A stretch of DNA of 64,000 bases. It comes from Verrucomicrobiota bacterium (GTDB taxonomy: Bacteria > Verrucomicrobiota > Verrucomicrobiia > Limisphaerales > J093). The position numbers and the translations under genes were made by a program. The notes beneath the pieces were generated by a model. The model was not told the origin of the DNA. It did no database searches and worked only from the letters and a program-made list of their open reading frames with translations. The stretch spans positions 2,390 through 66,389 of the forward strand of contig JAAYVR010000026.1 of the NCBI GenBank assembly GCA_012517065.1, written 5' to 3'. How positions within the stretch are numbered: position 1 is the first letter of the stretch; each line of letters opens with the position of its first letter. Positions 45,630 through 55,130 of the stretch are shown here, piece after piece.

Positions 45630-48600
45630 TCAAGCGTTTGGCGTGGTGGAAGGCTCAGCGGCGGTCCCTGCGAGTCCGCGGCGGGAGAGTCGGCGCCACA
45701 AATGTCCCAGAGCATTCTGCGCATCCTCGAACATCGAGTAGAGCACCGGCACATAAACCATCGTCAGGAATGTCGAAACCAGCAGCCCGCCGATCGCCAC
45801 CACCGCCAGTGGCGAGAGTCGTTCCAATCCAATGGCCCATTCCAGCGCGATCGGCACCATCCCAACCGCCGTGCCAACTGCGGTCATGAGAATCGGGCGC
45901 GTGCGGATGCGAACCGAATCGACGAGGGCGTCATACGTGCTTGCCCCGCGTTCCTTGGCGGCGGTGATGAAGTCGATCAGCAGAATCGAGTTCTTCACCA
46001 CAATGCCAGCCAGCAGGATCATGCCCATCATCGATGGCATGCAACCGTGTTTGTTGGCCAGCAACATCCCCCATGCCGCGCCGATCAACGCCAGCGGAAT
46101 GGCTGACATGATCGTCAGCGGGTGCAGCCACGACTTGAACGCCGGCACCAGCGAGAAGTACAGCAGCACAAGGCCGAGCAGGAGCGCTTTGCCCAGTAAA
46201 CCGAACGACTCGTTCATCTGCTTGATTTCGCCCTCGTGGCTCAAGCTGTAGCCCGGCGGCAGTTGCAGACCCTGAAGCGCCTTATCGACGTCTTCCTGCA
46301 GATGCGAGATCGTCTGCTTCGCGCGATAAGCCTGTATGTCCAACGTCCGCTGCAATCCCTGGCGTGTAATGACCGACGCCACGGGACGGCGGGTTACCTT
46401 GCCCAGTGCGGCCAGCGGCACGCTGCCGACTGGCGTCTGGATCGGATATGTTGCCATTTGGTCCGCGTGGGCACGCTGGTCCCGGGGCAATTGCAACCAC
46501 AGGGTCAGGCCGTCCTGGTTTGGCACACGAAAGATCGAGCCGGGCATGCCTCTCACCGCGCCAGCAAGCTGCCCCGCAACCGCAGCAGGGGAGATTTGGT
46601 AGAGCGCCAGTTTTTCCGGATTGGCAGCAAACTGCACCTCGAACGAGTCCAGCGTCCACGAACGCGTTATTGACGTGGCGCCGCGCAGGTTTTTCCGCAA
46701 GCGCTGTTCAACGTCGCGGCCAATGGCGTCCAGCGTCTCGAGGTCAGGCCCTGAAATCATCACGTCCACCGAAGAGCGAATGGTCGAGAGTGGTGTCGCG
46801 CCGAAGTCAAACACATCGACGCTTTTCAGCCCTGGCAGTTTTCGAAACTCGTCTCTGAATATGTCTTCGATCTCCCAAATGGACGTCTTACGGTGAAACC
46901 GATCGGTCAAATGCACCGTGATGTTGCCCTGCTGAGGTAGCCGGCCGGCGCCGAATGAAATCACCGCCGGCTCGGACCCGATCAATGACGAAGCCGATCT
47001 GACTTCGGGTCTTTGGCGGATGATCGCCTCGATGCGGTCCAGAAGGCGCTCGGTCTCTTCCAATGAAGTGTTCGCGTCTGTCTCGAAGTTGATCTTGATG
47101 ATGCCGGCATCCATCGGCGGCATCAGGTCACGCCCTATGAGTGGCATTTGCCGGGCTGAAACCGCCAACAGCAACAATCCGGGAATGAGAAAGAGCAGGC
47201 GGTGTTTCAAGGCCGTTCCGGTCAGACGAACGTAGAAATCTCGGACCGGTTCAACAACCCACGCGTCGAAACGGTAAATGATCCGCTCGAACCAATTCCG
47301 GCCCGCACCGGCTTTTCTGCGCAAGAACAACGGCGCCAGCAGCGGTATCACCGTCACGGAAATGACGTAGGACGCCGCCAACGCGATGCAGAGGCTCACC
47401 GACAACGGCCGCAGCACGGTCTGAACAAATCCGCCAATGAATATGATCGGCACCAGCACCATCACGGTTGCATAGGTGCCGGAGAAAATCGCGAGCATGA
47501 CCTCCTGCGTGCCGCCAACCACGGCCTTGTGTGCATCAACCCCTTTTTCGTGCAGATGTCGTTCGATGTTCTCGAGCACAACGATGGCGTCGTCCAACAG
47601 CATGCCCACGGCAATGATCACGCCGGTCAGAGTCACCATGTTGAACTCGTAGCCGATAAGCCACATGACGGCGAACGTGAGCAGGTAAGTGAACGGAATC
47701 GAAATCGCAGCCAAGGCCATTCCCCGCAGGTCCGCCAAAAACAGGAAAATGACGATCACTGTCATTATGATCGCGTCGCGCAGGGCATCGAGCATGTTGC
47801 CAACTGACAGTTCGATAAGTTCACCCTGTGTGTCGGGTACAGTGAATTCGATTCCGGGATAGCTTTTTTCAAGCTCCGGCAGCAGACCGGCCACGTCCGC
47901 AATGGTATGGAGCGAGTTGCCAGCAAGCGCGCGCTGAATGTTGACGGCAATTGCAGCACCGCTCCTTGCATCAGGCGCCGCGCCGAGGTTACCAACGTAT
48001 CCATGATAAGCGCTCTGCGGTTCAAGAACACCGCGCGAAATCGTTGCCACGTCGGCCAGATGCACATCGCCGTCGGGTCGATGCGCCACGACGATCCCGG
48101 CTATGTCGGACAGGCGCTCGAACTCGCCAGTGCGCTTGAACAGGAACTGGCTGTCGGACGTCAGCAACAGGCCGATGGGCTGGTTGGCATTGAAGGCCAC
48201 AAGCCGTTGGCTCACCTCCGCTGGCGTAAGACCGAAGCGCTGCAGTTTGTCACGGTCCAAGGTCACCCGTACCACCGGTTGATGCGCGCCGAAGACCTCG
48301 ACGTTCGCCACCTGGGGCAACTGCAACAACCGCTCCTTGATTTCGTTGTCGGCCAACTGGCGCACCATCGAAAGGTCAAGGGGAGAATCCTCTTTGGGCC
48401 GCAGTGCCAGCGTCAGCACAGCCGGTGTGGCCGACGAAACCTTGAAAACCATAGGCGGACGCGCTCCATCCGGTAGCAGCGCCTTGATTTTTTGCAGGCC
48501 GTTGGCGACGTCAGTTGCCGCTGAATCAAGGCCCTTGCTGTATTCGAACTCGACTGACACAGACGAGACCTCGTCCTTGCTCACAGAGGTAACGCGGCGT

Positions 48601-48830
48601 ACCTGTTCAATGGTGTTCAGCTCCTTTTCGATGGTGCGGCTGATTTCCGATTCGACATCCGCCGCGGACGCGCCCGGATAAACCGTTACAACGGCAATCT
48701 GAGGCCGTTCAGAATCCGGAAACAAGTTCACCGGCATGCGGCGATAGCCAACAAAACCAACCACCGCCGCCAACAGCACCAACGATGTGATCAAGTGCGG
48801 TTTCTTGAGATAACCTTCGACGAAGTTCAT
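45630..48830 (-). CDS. RND efflux transporter permease (AcrB-type)
   Basis: 1066 aa, 12 TM plus two large periplasmic loops. TM4 motif GMLLDDAIVVLEN. Confidence 0.95.
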   Translation of the reverse strand: MNFVEGYLKKPHLITSLVLLAAVVGFVGYRRMPVNLFPDSERPQIAVVTVYPGASAADVESEISRTIEKELNTIEQVRRVTSVSKDEVSSVSVEFEYSKGLDSAATDVANGLQKIKALLPDGARPPMVFKVSSATPAVLTLALRPKEDSPLDLSMVRQLADNEIKERLLQLPQVANVEVFGAHQPVVRVTLDRDKLQRFGLTPAEVSQRLVAFNANQPIGLLLTSDSQFLFKRTGEFERLSDIAGIVVAHRPDGDVHLADVATISRGVLEPQSAYHGYVGNLGAAPDARSGAAIAVNIQRALAGNSLHTIADVAGLLPELEKSYPGIEFTVPDTQGELIELSVGNMLDALRDAIIMTVIVIFLFLADLRGMALAAISIPFTYLLTFAVMWLIGYEFNMVTLTGVIIAVGMLLDDAIVVLENIERHLHEKGVDAHKAVVGGTQEVMLAIFSGTYATVMVLVPIIFIGGFVQTVLRPLSVSLCIALAASYVISVTVIPLLAPLFLRRKAGAGRNWFERIIYRFDAWVVEPVRDFYVRLTGTALKHRLLFLIPGLLLLAVSARQMPLIGRDLMPPMDAGIIKINFETDANTSLEETERLLDRIEAIIRQRPEVRSASSLIGSEPAVISFGAGRLPQQGNITVHLTDRFHRKTSIWEIEDIFRDEFRKLPGLKSVDVFDFGATPLSTIRSSVDVMISGPDLETLDAIGRDVEQRLRKNLRGATSITRSWTLDSFEVQFAANPEKLALYQISPAAVAGQLAGAVRGMPGSIFRVPNQDGLTLWLQLPRDQRAHADQMATYPIQTPVGSVPLAALGKVTRRPVASVITRQGLQRTLDIQAYRAKQTISHLQEDVDKALQGLQLPPGYSLSHEGEIKQMNESFGLLGKALLLGLVLLYFSLVPAFKSWLHPLTIMSAIPLALIGAAWGMLLANKHGCMPSMMGMILLAGIVVKNSILLIDFITAAKERGASTYDALVDSVRIRTRPILMTAVGTAVGMVPIALEWAIGLERLSPLAVVAIGGLLVSTFLTMVYVPVLYSMFEDAQNALGHLWRRLSRRGLAGTAAEPSTTPNA

Positions 48831-48917
48831 GGCTGAGCCCTCCAGCTTTGGCGGTTGCGAACCAGGCCTTGGTTTCCAGTGTTGCGGTGTACCGGAACAG
48901 ACGTTATTTCTGCAGCC

Positions 48918-49136
48918 ATGAAGTTGCCAGCCATCATCGAGCCGGATGATGATGGCGTTTTCGTTGCAGAGTGCCCCGCGCTGCCAGGCTGTGTCTCACA
49001 AGGAATAAAGCGCGAGGAGGCGATGGCCAACATGCGCGATACAATCCAGAGATACCTCGCCGGTCTCAAGAAACACGGTGAACCGATCCCGCTTGGCATT
49101 TTCATTGACCTCTCCCCCTGTCACCTGGCGTGCTGA
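48918..49136 (+). CDS. HicB-like (UPF0150) antitoxin-fold protein, orphan, antisense to the efflux operon
   Basis: MKLPAIIEPDDDGVFVAECPALPGCVSQGIKREEAMANMRDTIQRYLAGLKKHGEPIP matches the HicB N-domain pattern. Lies in the 271-nt gap between the MFP stop and the RND start; its 3' end overlaps the MFP stop region. Confidence 0.6.
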   Translation: MKLPAIIEPDDDGVFVAECPALPGCVSQGIKREEAMANMRDTIQRYLAGLKKHGEPIPLGIFIDLSPCHLAC

Positions 49137-50217
49137 TCGTTGTCACTTTCATTCCGGATGCCAGTGTCATCAGCCGCGATGGCCGCGCCACAATCACCCT
49201 GTCGCCAGCGCGCATATCGCCTTTGATCGCCACTTTGTCCAACGACCGGTCTAATACCTCGACCTTGACCGGGTTCACCACGCCGTTCTCAACCGCAAAC
49301 ACCCACGCGCCGGTCTCGCCTTCCAGCAATGCATCAGCAGGAACGACCAAGCCCTGCGCGGAACTCAATTGCACGTCCAAGCCAACAGTCGCACCGGACA
49401 CAAAACCCGGTGGCGGGTTCGTAATGTCACACTCGAAGCTCGCCAGATGGTTCTCACCCATTGCAGGAAACACGCGTGACACCGCAGCATCCAGAGAAAC
49501 GCCATCGGCCTTCACCGTGACTGCCTGACCAACGTGCAACCGGGCAAAATCTTCCGGTGGAAGCGACGCCCGAACTCGTACGCTATGCTGCGAAACAAGT
49601 TTGAGCAGTGGCTTGCCCGGCACGCCCAAGTCGCCCGGATCAGCCAGCCGCCGTGCCACCACACCGTTTGTCGGCGCAAGAAGCTGGCAGTACCCCAGCC
49701 GCGTGCGAGCCACATTCAGCCGTTGTTTGGCAGACTCGAGTTGAGCCAATGCCACGGCATCAGCGGCTTGCGAGCGATCCCACTGTTCCTGGGCTATGGC
49801 CTTCACCTCGAACAGCCGCTTGTCACGCGCAGTGATTTCATGTTGAGCCGCATACGACTTTTCCGCCGCGGCCAACGCTGCTTCCGACTCGAGGAGCACA
49901 TCCTGAAATTCGCGTTCGTCCAAACGCACCAGCAATTGCCCGGTTTTCACGTCGTCGCCTTCACGCACTTTGACCTCGACAACGCGCGCCATGACTTGTG
50001 GTGCAAGGTCGCTTTCCTCACCGCCAATCACCGTGCCCAGCACATGGCGGCTCCGCACAACCAGCCCTTCGCTGACTGATACAGTCTGAACGGCCACGGG
50101 TGTTTCTTTGACCAGCGGCGCACTTTCTTTCTGGCGGACGCGCTTGGCGCGCACCAGGATCAGCACCACTGCAATCGCAGCGATGACAACAATTCCGATG
50201 ATTCGACTTTTGTTCAC
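49102..50217 (-). CDS. RND efflux periplasmic adaptor (MFP/HlyD family)
   Basis: 371 aa. N-terminal anchor, coiled-coil hairpin, lipoyl and beta-barrel blocks. Confidence 0.9.
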   Translation of the reverse strand: MNKSRIIGIVVIAAIAVVLILVRAKRVRQKESAPLVKETPVAVQTVSVSEGLVVRSRHVLGTVIGGEESDLAPQVMARVVEVKVREGDDVKTGQLLVRLDEREFQDVLLESEAALAAAEKSYAAQHEITARDKRLFEVKAIAQEQWDRSQAADAVALAQLESAKQRLNVARTRLGYCQLLAPTNGVVARRLADPGDLGVPGKPLLKLVSQHSVRVRASLPPEDFARLHVGQAVTVKADGVSLDAAVSRVFPAMGENHLASFECDITNPPPGFVSGATVGLDVQLSSAQGLVVPADALLEGETGAWVFAVENGVVNPVKVEVLDRSLDKVAIKGDMRAGDRVIVARPSRLMTLASGMKVTTISTPGDRGRGQ

Positions 50218-51566
50218 GGCAGAATCTCCTTTTCCGCTATGGTGTTAATGCGCTCGGCGGAAATGACAAAATCGGCCCGGGCCGTTGCCAGTGCCGCGCG
50301 CGCGGCTTGTTCACGATAGCGCGCCCGCAACAGGTCCTCGATCGTGCTCGAGCCTGTGTCGTAGCGCACCTGCTCGATGCGCGCGGCTTCGGCGGCTGCA
50401 GTTACACGAGCCGCCGCGGCAGCCAGATTGGTTTGCGCGGCTTCGAGTTTCGCCACCGCATCCTGCCACGCCGCCAGGGTTTGCAATTGCGCCTGACGCA
50501 AGGCTTCCTCGGCGGCAGCCTGCCGCGCCCGAGCAGCGCTCACCCGCAGAAGGCGAGAACCACCCTCAAACAGCGGCAGAACCACCGACACGGTCGCGCC
50601 CCAGGTTTCCTCGTCGCGGTCGGTTCGCGTTCCGGTGTGCTCGAAGACGTTGGCACTGGCGATAACTCGGGGGAGCAGGTCGCTTCGGGCCACCTTCACC
50701 CCTCGTGCCGCCTGTTCGGCGGCCAGCTTGGCAGCGCGAATGGCGGAGTTGTCATCAACAGTCAATGGCAAGGCGCTGCCGCTTGTCGCTGCCATGGACG
50801 GTGCCGTCTGCGGATCCACTTCAAGCTCAATTGCCGGATCACGGCCAACAACGGACAACAACAGCGAAGCGACCTTGCGCCGGTCAGCACCCAGACTGGC
50901 GTGGCTGGCTCGCGCGGCTTCCAGTTCCTCGATCACCTTGAGCCGGTCCACCTCTGGCCGTTTGCCGATCGAAACCATCTGGTCAAGGTTTGTCCTGGTC
51001 TGGGTCAGCGCCGCGATTTGGCCGTCGAGCGCCAAAGCAGCTTGCTCGAGTGCCTGAAGCGAGGAGTAAAGCGAAACGACGTTGAAGCGGACCTGCCAAC
51101 GCGTGCCTTCGTGAAGTTCCGCCGACCTTTTGGCTTCGAGTTTGGCGATTTGAATCTGGTTGTGCAGCCGCCCGCCGAGATACAACGGGATTTCGTAGCT
51201 CAACCCGTAGTGCGCCTGGCTGCGATCCCACGGCGCGCCAAGGATACCGTTCGCCATCAACTCGCTCGACATGGGCCGAATGATCTGGTCATCGTTCAGG
51301 TAAGAATATGAACCGACGGCGTTGAGTGCGCCCCACCGCGAGCGATCAGCAGCCTTCGCTTCGCTCTCCGCAGCGCGACTCTGGTGGCCTCTGGCTTTGA
51401 GACTCGGATTCGCCTTGAGCGCTTCCTCGATCGCCTGTGCCAGTGTCAGATGCAGCGCCAACCCATTCCCTTGTGAAGAAGCTGCCTGCGCACAAACTTT
51501 GTCCGCCGCCCATGGTCCAAAGAAGACGCACAATCCCAGTGCCAATTCACAGAAACGCGCTTTCAT
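50214..51566 (-). CDS. TolC-family outer membrane efflux protein
   Basis: Two-repeat OEP architecture and signal peptide MKARFCELALGLCVFFGPWAA. Start moved to the internal ATG. Confidence 0.9.
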   Translation of the reverse strand: MKARFCELALGLCVFFGPWAADKVCAQAASSQGNGLALHLTLAQAIEEALKANPSLKARGHQSRAAESEAKAADRSRWGALNAVGSYSYLNDDQIIRPMSSELMANGILGAPWDRSQAHYGLSYEIPLYLGGRLHNQIQIAKLEAKRSAELHEGTRWQVRFNVVSLYSSLQALEQAALALDGQIAALTQTRTNLDQMVSIGKRPEVDRLKVIEELEAARASHASLGADRRKVASLLLSVVGRDPAIELEVDPQTAPSMAATSGSALPLTVDDNSAIRAAKLAAEQAARGVKVARSDLLPRVIASANVFEHTGTRTDRDEETWGATVSVVLPLFEGGSRLLRVSAARARQAAAEEALRQAQLQTLAAWQDAVAKLEAAQTNLAAAAARVTAAAEAARIEQVRYDTGSSTIEDLLRARYREQAARAALATARADFVISAERINTIAEKEILP

Positions 51567-51714
51567 TTCTTTGATCTCCCGCCATGGCTTTTTCACATTG
51601 CATAACAATTATCCCATTATTCAAAGCCGTCGGCAACGGTAAGCATATTTAGCAAAAATGCAAAACAGCTAATAATCAGGAGCCGTTACTCACAGAATAG
51701 TTACAGTTTTCTTA

Positions 51715-52040
51715 TCCGTAGCCCTCATGTTTCCCAGCCCGGCGAAGCCGGAACCAGAGTCGCCTGACGAGCAACGCCCCCCGGCTCTTGCACACCCCCT
51801 GACCTTCAGTCACGCCGGTTCGGGGAATATGCCCTGCGACTCCATCCCAAGGAAAAGCGCGCTGATACCAATGGTTTCTCACGCGCTGCCGCGGATGCAG
51901 TGGGCGTTGGTTGGCGCGAAGCGCTTGCAGTGCGGCAGCTTGCTGCCGCTTTGTTGTTATGCACAAACAACGTGCCTGGAACCAGATCGGCATGGTGTAG
52001 AAAATAACGTGTCTGTCCCCATATCGGCACCATATCGGCA
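51715..52040 (+). repeat. composite repeat, modules A-B-C'-C
   Basis: A 51715-51865, B to 51962, variant C 51963-51990, C 52000-52027 plus the short duplication caccatatcggca. Confidence 0.9.
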
Positions 52041-52055
52041 CTCCATTGGGTCCCC

Positions 52056-53399
52056 TCAAAACGAATAAACGAACTGGGCGAAGGCCCAATCGGCGCCGGT
52101 GTGACTGCCGGGAGTGGACCGCACGAAGCTGCCGGGGAAAAAGTGAGCATAGCCGAATAATAACTCCAGTTCCTTGTTCACCTGCCAGCGCGCAATGACG
52201 TCCAACTCGTGGCCGAGGTCTTGTCCGGCCTGGCCCGAGGGATCACGGCGCTCCGGTTTGCCGTTGACCCAGTACCAGGCGTCGCGCGCTTGGGCCAAAC
52301 GGAAATAGTGATAGTCCACGCTGACCTTGATGGATTTCGCCGGTTGAACGCTGAAGTTCAGCACGTAGTCCTCGAGATTCTTCCAGCTCACCACGTTCAT
52401 CCAGCCGTAGGGAATGTCCATCGCGCCAAAGATGCCGTCAAACGTGCCGGCCACGCCATCATGTGGGTCGCGGTCGCCGCTGGCGTAGTTGAACTCGACA
52501 CCGACCCGCGGCTTCCAGTCGGTCTTGAACGTGTAGCCTGCGCGCGCGATGACGCCAAAAGCCCGGATGTCGTCGCGGCCATACTCACCCAGTTGACCGG
52601 CGGCGAACAGGCCGTAATCCCAGCCCTTGCCGGCGGGCCGCTCGGTGAACAGGCCGAAGGTGTGGCGAATTTCGTCGCCCACGCCACTCTCGCCCTTGGC
52701 GCTGCCGGACCAGTCGTGTTTGACCACGTAGAAGGCGTCCAGCGTGACCGGTAGTTGTTTGACGCGGGCATAGACCGCACCCACGTGATAGGGCCAGTGA
52801 TCGAAGTTCCAGTCCTTGGGCTCGCTCAACACGCGTTGAGCGTAAAAGGCGTCCACCTTCACGGCGTCTGTGTCGTAATAAAGTTTGGCGCTGTCCCACC
52901 AGTAGTTGCCCACGTTGCCCCACTCGGCCGGGGCGAACACGCGGCGGTCGCCGTAGAGCAGGATCTGCCGGCCCAGCTTCACGCCGACCGGCGATGCACC
53001 GATGTGCTGCCACTCGAGGTAGGCCTGCCGCAGATCGAACCGGTCGAAGTACGAACTGCTACGCCCGAAGTCGGACAACGCGAGGTCGCTTAGCCAGTAG
53101 CGAGCATCTTGGAACTCAACGAACGCGTGCGCCTGATCCGTGAAGCAGTAATCGGCGCTCAAGCGGGTGCGGAGCAAGAGCACGTCATCATCCGCGCCCG
53201 TGCCGTAATGCAGGATGTTGAAATTGTCGAGATATTCGTAGCGACCGCGGACGTTGAGGCCGAGGTCCAGCCTGCCCGGACCGGCCTTGATGTCTTTGAG
53301 CGGCGAATACCAGGGCGAAGTGGCTTGGGGAGCAAGCGTGTCTGCCGCCTGCAACGAGATTGCTGCGCACACGAGCCACGGCAAGAAGTGCGCCGGCAC
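52056..53399 (-). CDS. outer-membrane beta-barrel porin (alginate-export/AlgE-like family)
   Basis: Alternating beta-strand pattern with aromatic girdles; blocks LGLNVRGRYEYLDNF and LLLRTRLSADY; terminal F. A GTG at 53399 gives the signal peptide VPAHFLPWLVCAAISLQA-AD. Start uncertain (the track ORF runs to 53609). Confidence 0.7.
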   Translation of the reverse strand: MPAHFLPWLVCAAISLQAADTLAPQATSPWYSPLKDIKAGPGRLDLGLNVRGRYEYLDNFNILHYGTGADDDVLLLRTRLSADYCFTDQAHAFVEFQDARYWLSDLALSDFGRSSSYFDRFDLRQAYLEWQHIGASPVGVKLGRQILLYGDRRVFAPAEWGNVGNYWWDSAKLYYDTDAVKVDAFYAQRVLSEPKDWNFDHWPYHVGAVYARVKQLPVTLDAFYVVKHDWSGSAKGESGVGDEIRHTFGLFTERPAGKGWDYGLFAAGQLGEYGRDDIRAFGVIARAGYTFKTDWKPRVGVEFNYASGDRDPHDGVAGTFDGIFGAMDIPYGWMNVVSWKNLEDYVLNFSVQPAKSIKVSVDYHYFRLAQARDAWYWVNGKPERRDPSGQAGQDLGHELDVIARWQVNKELELLFGYAHFFPGSFVRSTPGSHTGADWAFAQFVYSF

Positions 53400-53640
53400 C
53401 CTGCCGAGGCGAAACGGAGCGAAAACTGGAGGACAACGACAAAGGCGCTTTCGGCTGGAAAAGACGAAACGACAGGCCTCGGGCCGGAACGATGTCGCTC
53501 CCACCCGTGGGGCATTGTGGCCGCAGTCCAAGAGCATGCTGCCCGCCGCGTTGACTCGCCGGGCGCTTCCGCGACCAAACCGTCGCTTCGTTCCGGGGAT
53601 TGGTGTCATGCGCAGGCTGGCTGGACAATTCGCATGGCGG

Positions 53641-54264
53641 CTATTTCCTTTCGTAGCCGGAGCACGGAATGCACACCGGCTGGCCGTCTTTCATCCGTGC
53701 ATAGCGTTCAAAAACATATTCGCCGCACACGCTGCACTTGGTCTTGTTGAACGATCCCTTGATCGGCGTGTAGGTGAAGTCTGGTTTGTCCTCCACCTTG
53801 AATATCGCTTCGTCCGGCTGGGCGTAGGTCCACTGGATAACTTCCTGCCGCACCGGCAGCGGAATTTGCGACGGCTCGACGCCCTTTTTGCGATGAGCGA
53901 AAAACTCGAACTTGCCCAACGCGTCCACAAAGTCGGGACGGATGGAAACGCGCACCGCGCCCTTCTTCGGATGATAGAAAGTCGCCGCGAGCTTGCCGTA
54001 AAACGTCTTGGCGATGGTCAGCTTGCCGTAGGTCGCGCCGGTGGCAACCTGGATGCCGTCCATCAGGCAGGTCTGCGGATGCGCCTCGCCGAGCTCGGGA
54101 AAGACGTAAAAGCCGTGGTCTGGCTCGTGTTCAACACCCAGGCGCGCCATCGCGAGTTTCGCCATACGATAGCCCAGCGGCATGAATGGACATTGGTGGC
54201 CATGGAACTCGAACGCCCAGTCGGGCGGGATGTGATTGGTCCTTGCGGTTTGACTCGTACTCAT
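53641..54264 (-). CDS. FmdE/FwdE-family protein with C-terminal zinc ribbon
   Basis: FHGHQCPFMPLGYRM core and CSVCGEYV...CIPCSG ribbon. ATG at 54264 is preceded by AAAGGAGAG. Confidence 0.85.
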   Translation of the reverse strand: MSTSQTARTNHIPPDWAFEFHGHQCPFMPLGYRMAKLAMARLGVEHEPDHGFYVFPELGEAHPQTCLMDGIQVATGATYGKLTIAKTFYGKLAATFYHPKKGAVRVSIRPDFVDALGKFEFFAHRKKGVEPSQIPLPVRQEVIQWTYAQPDEAIFKVEDKPDFTYTPIKGSFNKTKCSVCGEYVFERYARMKDGQPVCIPCSGYERK

Positions 54265-54316
54265 AGTTCTGCTCTCCTTTCTTGTATTGTTGTTGCTTCG
54301 TGTCAGTTGACACGCC

Positions 54317-55081
54317 TTACACAATCCCCGCCAGCTTCAATGCGATTTGTGTGGCAAAAAACCACATGATGCCGGCGAAGGCTATCTTCACAAAGCCGGG
54401 GCTGGCCTTTACCGTGACGTGCGAGCCGACCGCAGAGCCCAAGACGCAGGCCACGGTCGTCACCGCCAAAAACTGCCAGTCCACATGGCCCAAAGCGAAG
54501 TGGCCGATCGTGCCCACGAAAGAGCTGACAGTTACGATCAGCGAGTTGGCGCCCGCTGCCATCTGTGCACCGTATTTCATGTAGAGCACGAGAAACGGGA
54601 AAATAATCAGCCCGCCGCCCACGCCGATGAGACTTGAAAGCACGCCCACGCCGAAGGCGAAAACTGTTACCAGCGCGATCATCTTTCCGGTGAGCTTTTT
54701 GACCTGCTGGCCGGGCTTCTCTTTGGCCGAAAAAACCATGAGCAGACCCACAACGTAAAGAAACACGGAGAAGATGCCGAGCAGGAGATTTTTGGGCGCC
54801 ATGCTGGAGAGCACGGCTCCCAAAAATGAACCCGCGACGGTCCCAGGCAAAAACACGAGGCAAAACCGGTAGTCCACCAGCTTGTTCCGCTGAAAGACAA
54901 TCGTGGCCACCAGCGAAGTCACCAGGTTTAAGAAGAGAGCGGTCGAGATGGCCGGACCGACCGCCATGCCGAGCATCACCAGCACCGGTGTGTAGAGCGA
55001 ACCGCCGCCCTTGCCGAACATCGAGAAGACCCCCGAGATCAGCAACACCACGAAGAAAGCGATGAGCAGAGTCGTGTTCAT
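54317..55081 (-). CDS. TauE/SafE-family anion exporter (DUF81)
   Basis: About 254 aa, 7-8 TM. N-terminus MNTTLLIAFFVVLLISGVFSMFGKGGGSLYTPVLV. Confidence 0.9.
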   Translation of the reverse strand: MNTTLLIAFFVVLLISGVFSMFGKGGGSLYTPVLVMLGMAVGPAISTALFLNLVTSLVATIVFQRNKLVDYRFCLVFLPGTVAGSFLGAVLSSMAPKNLLLGIFSVFLYVVGLLMVFSAKEKPGQQVKKLTGKMIALVTVFAFGVGVLSSLIGVGGGLIIFPFLVLYMKYGAQMAAGANSLIVTVSSFVGTIGHFALGHVDWQFLAVTTVACVLGSAVGSHVTVKASPGFVKIAFAGIMWFFATQIALKLAGIV

Positions 55082-55130
55082 CCTGTTCCTTGACGGGCGG
55101 GCGCTGATTCCGCGCCGGGCTGTTGCGTTC

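Noticed and set aside
48827-49105. 92-aa minus-strand ORF in the MFP-RND spacer
   Set aside because: It is antisense to the HicB-like ORF, which has a clear family signature. This ORF has none.
45630-51566. Heavy-metal (CzcCBA-type) assignment for the TolC-MFP-RND operon, suggested by the OMP-first gene order and the metal-related neighbours
   Set aside because: TM4 reads GMLLDDAIVVLEN (the AcrB-like D-D pair), not the DFG-DGA-VEN signature I recall for HME-RND pumps. Substrate class left open.
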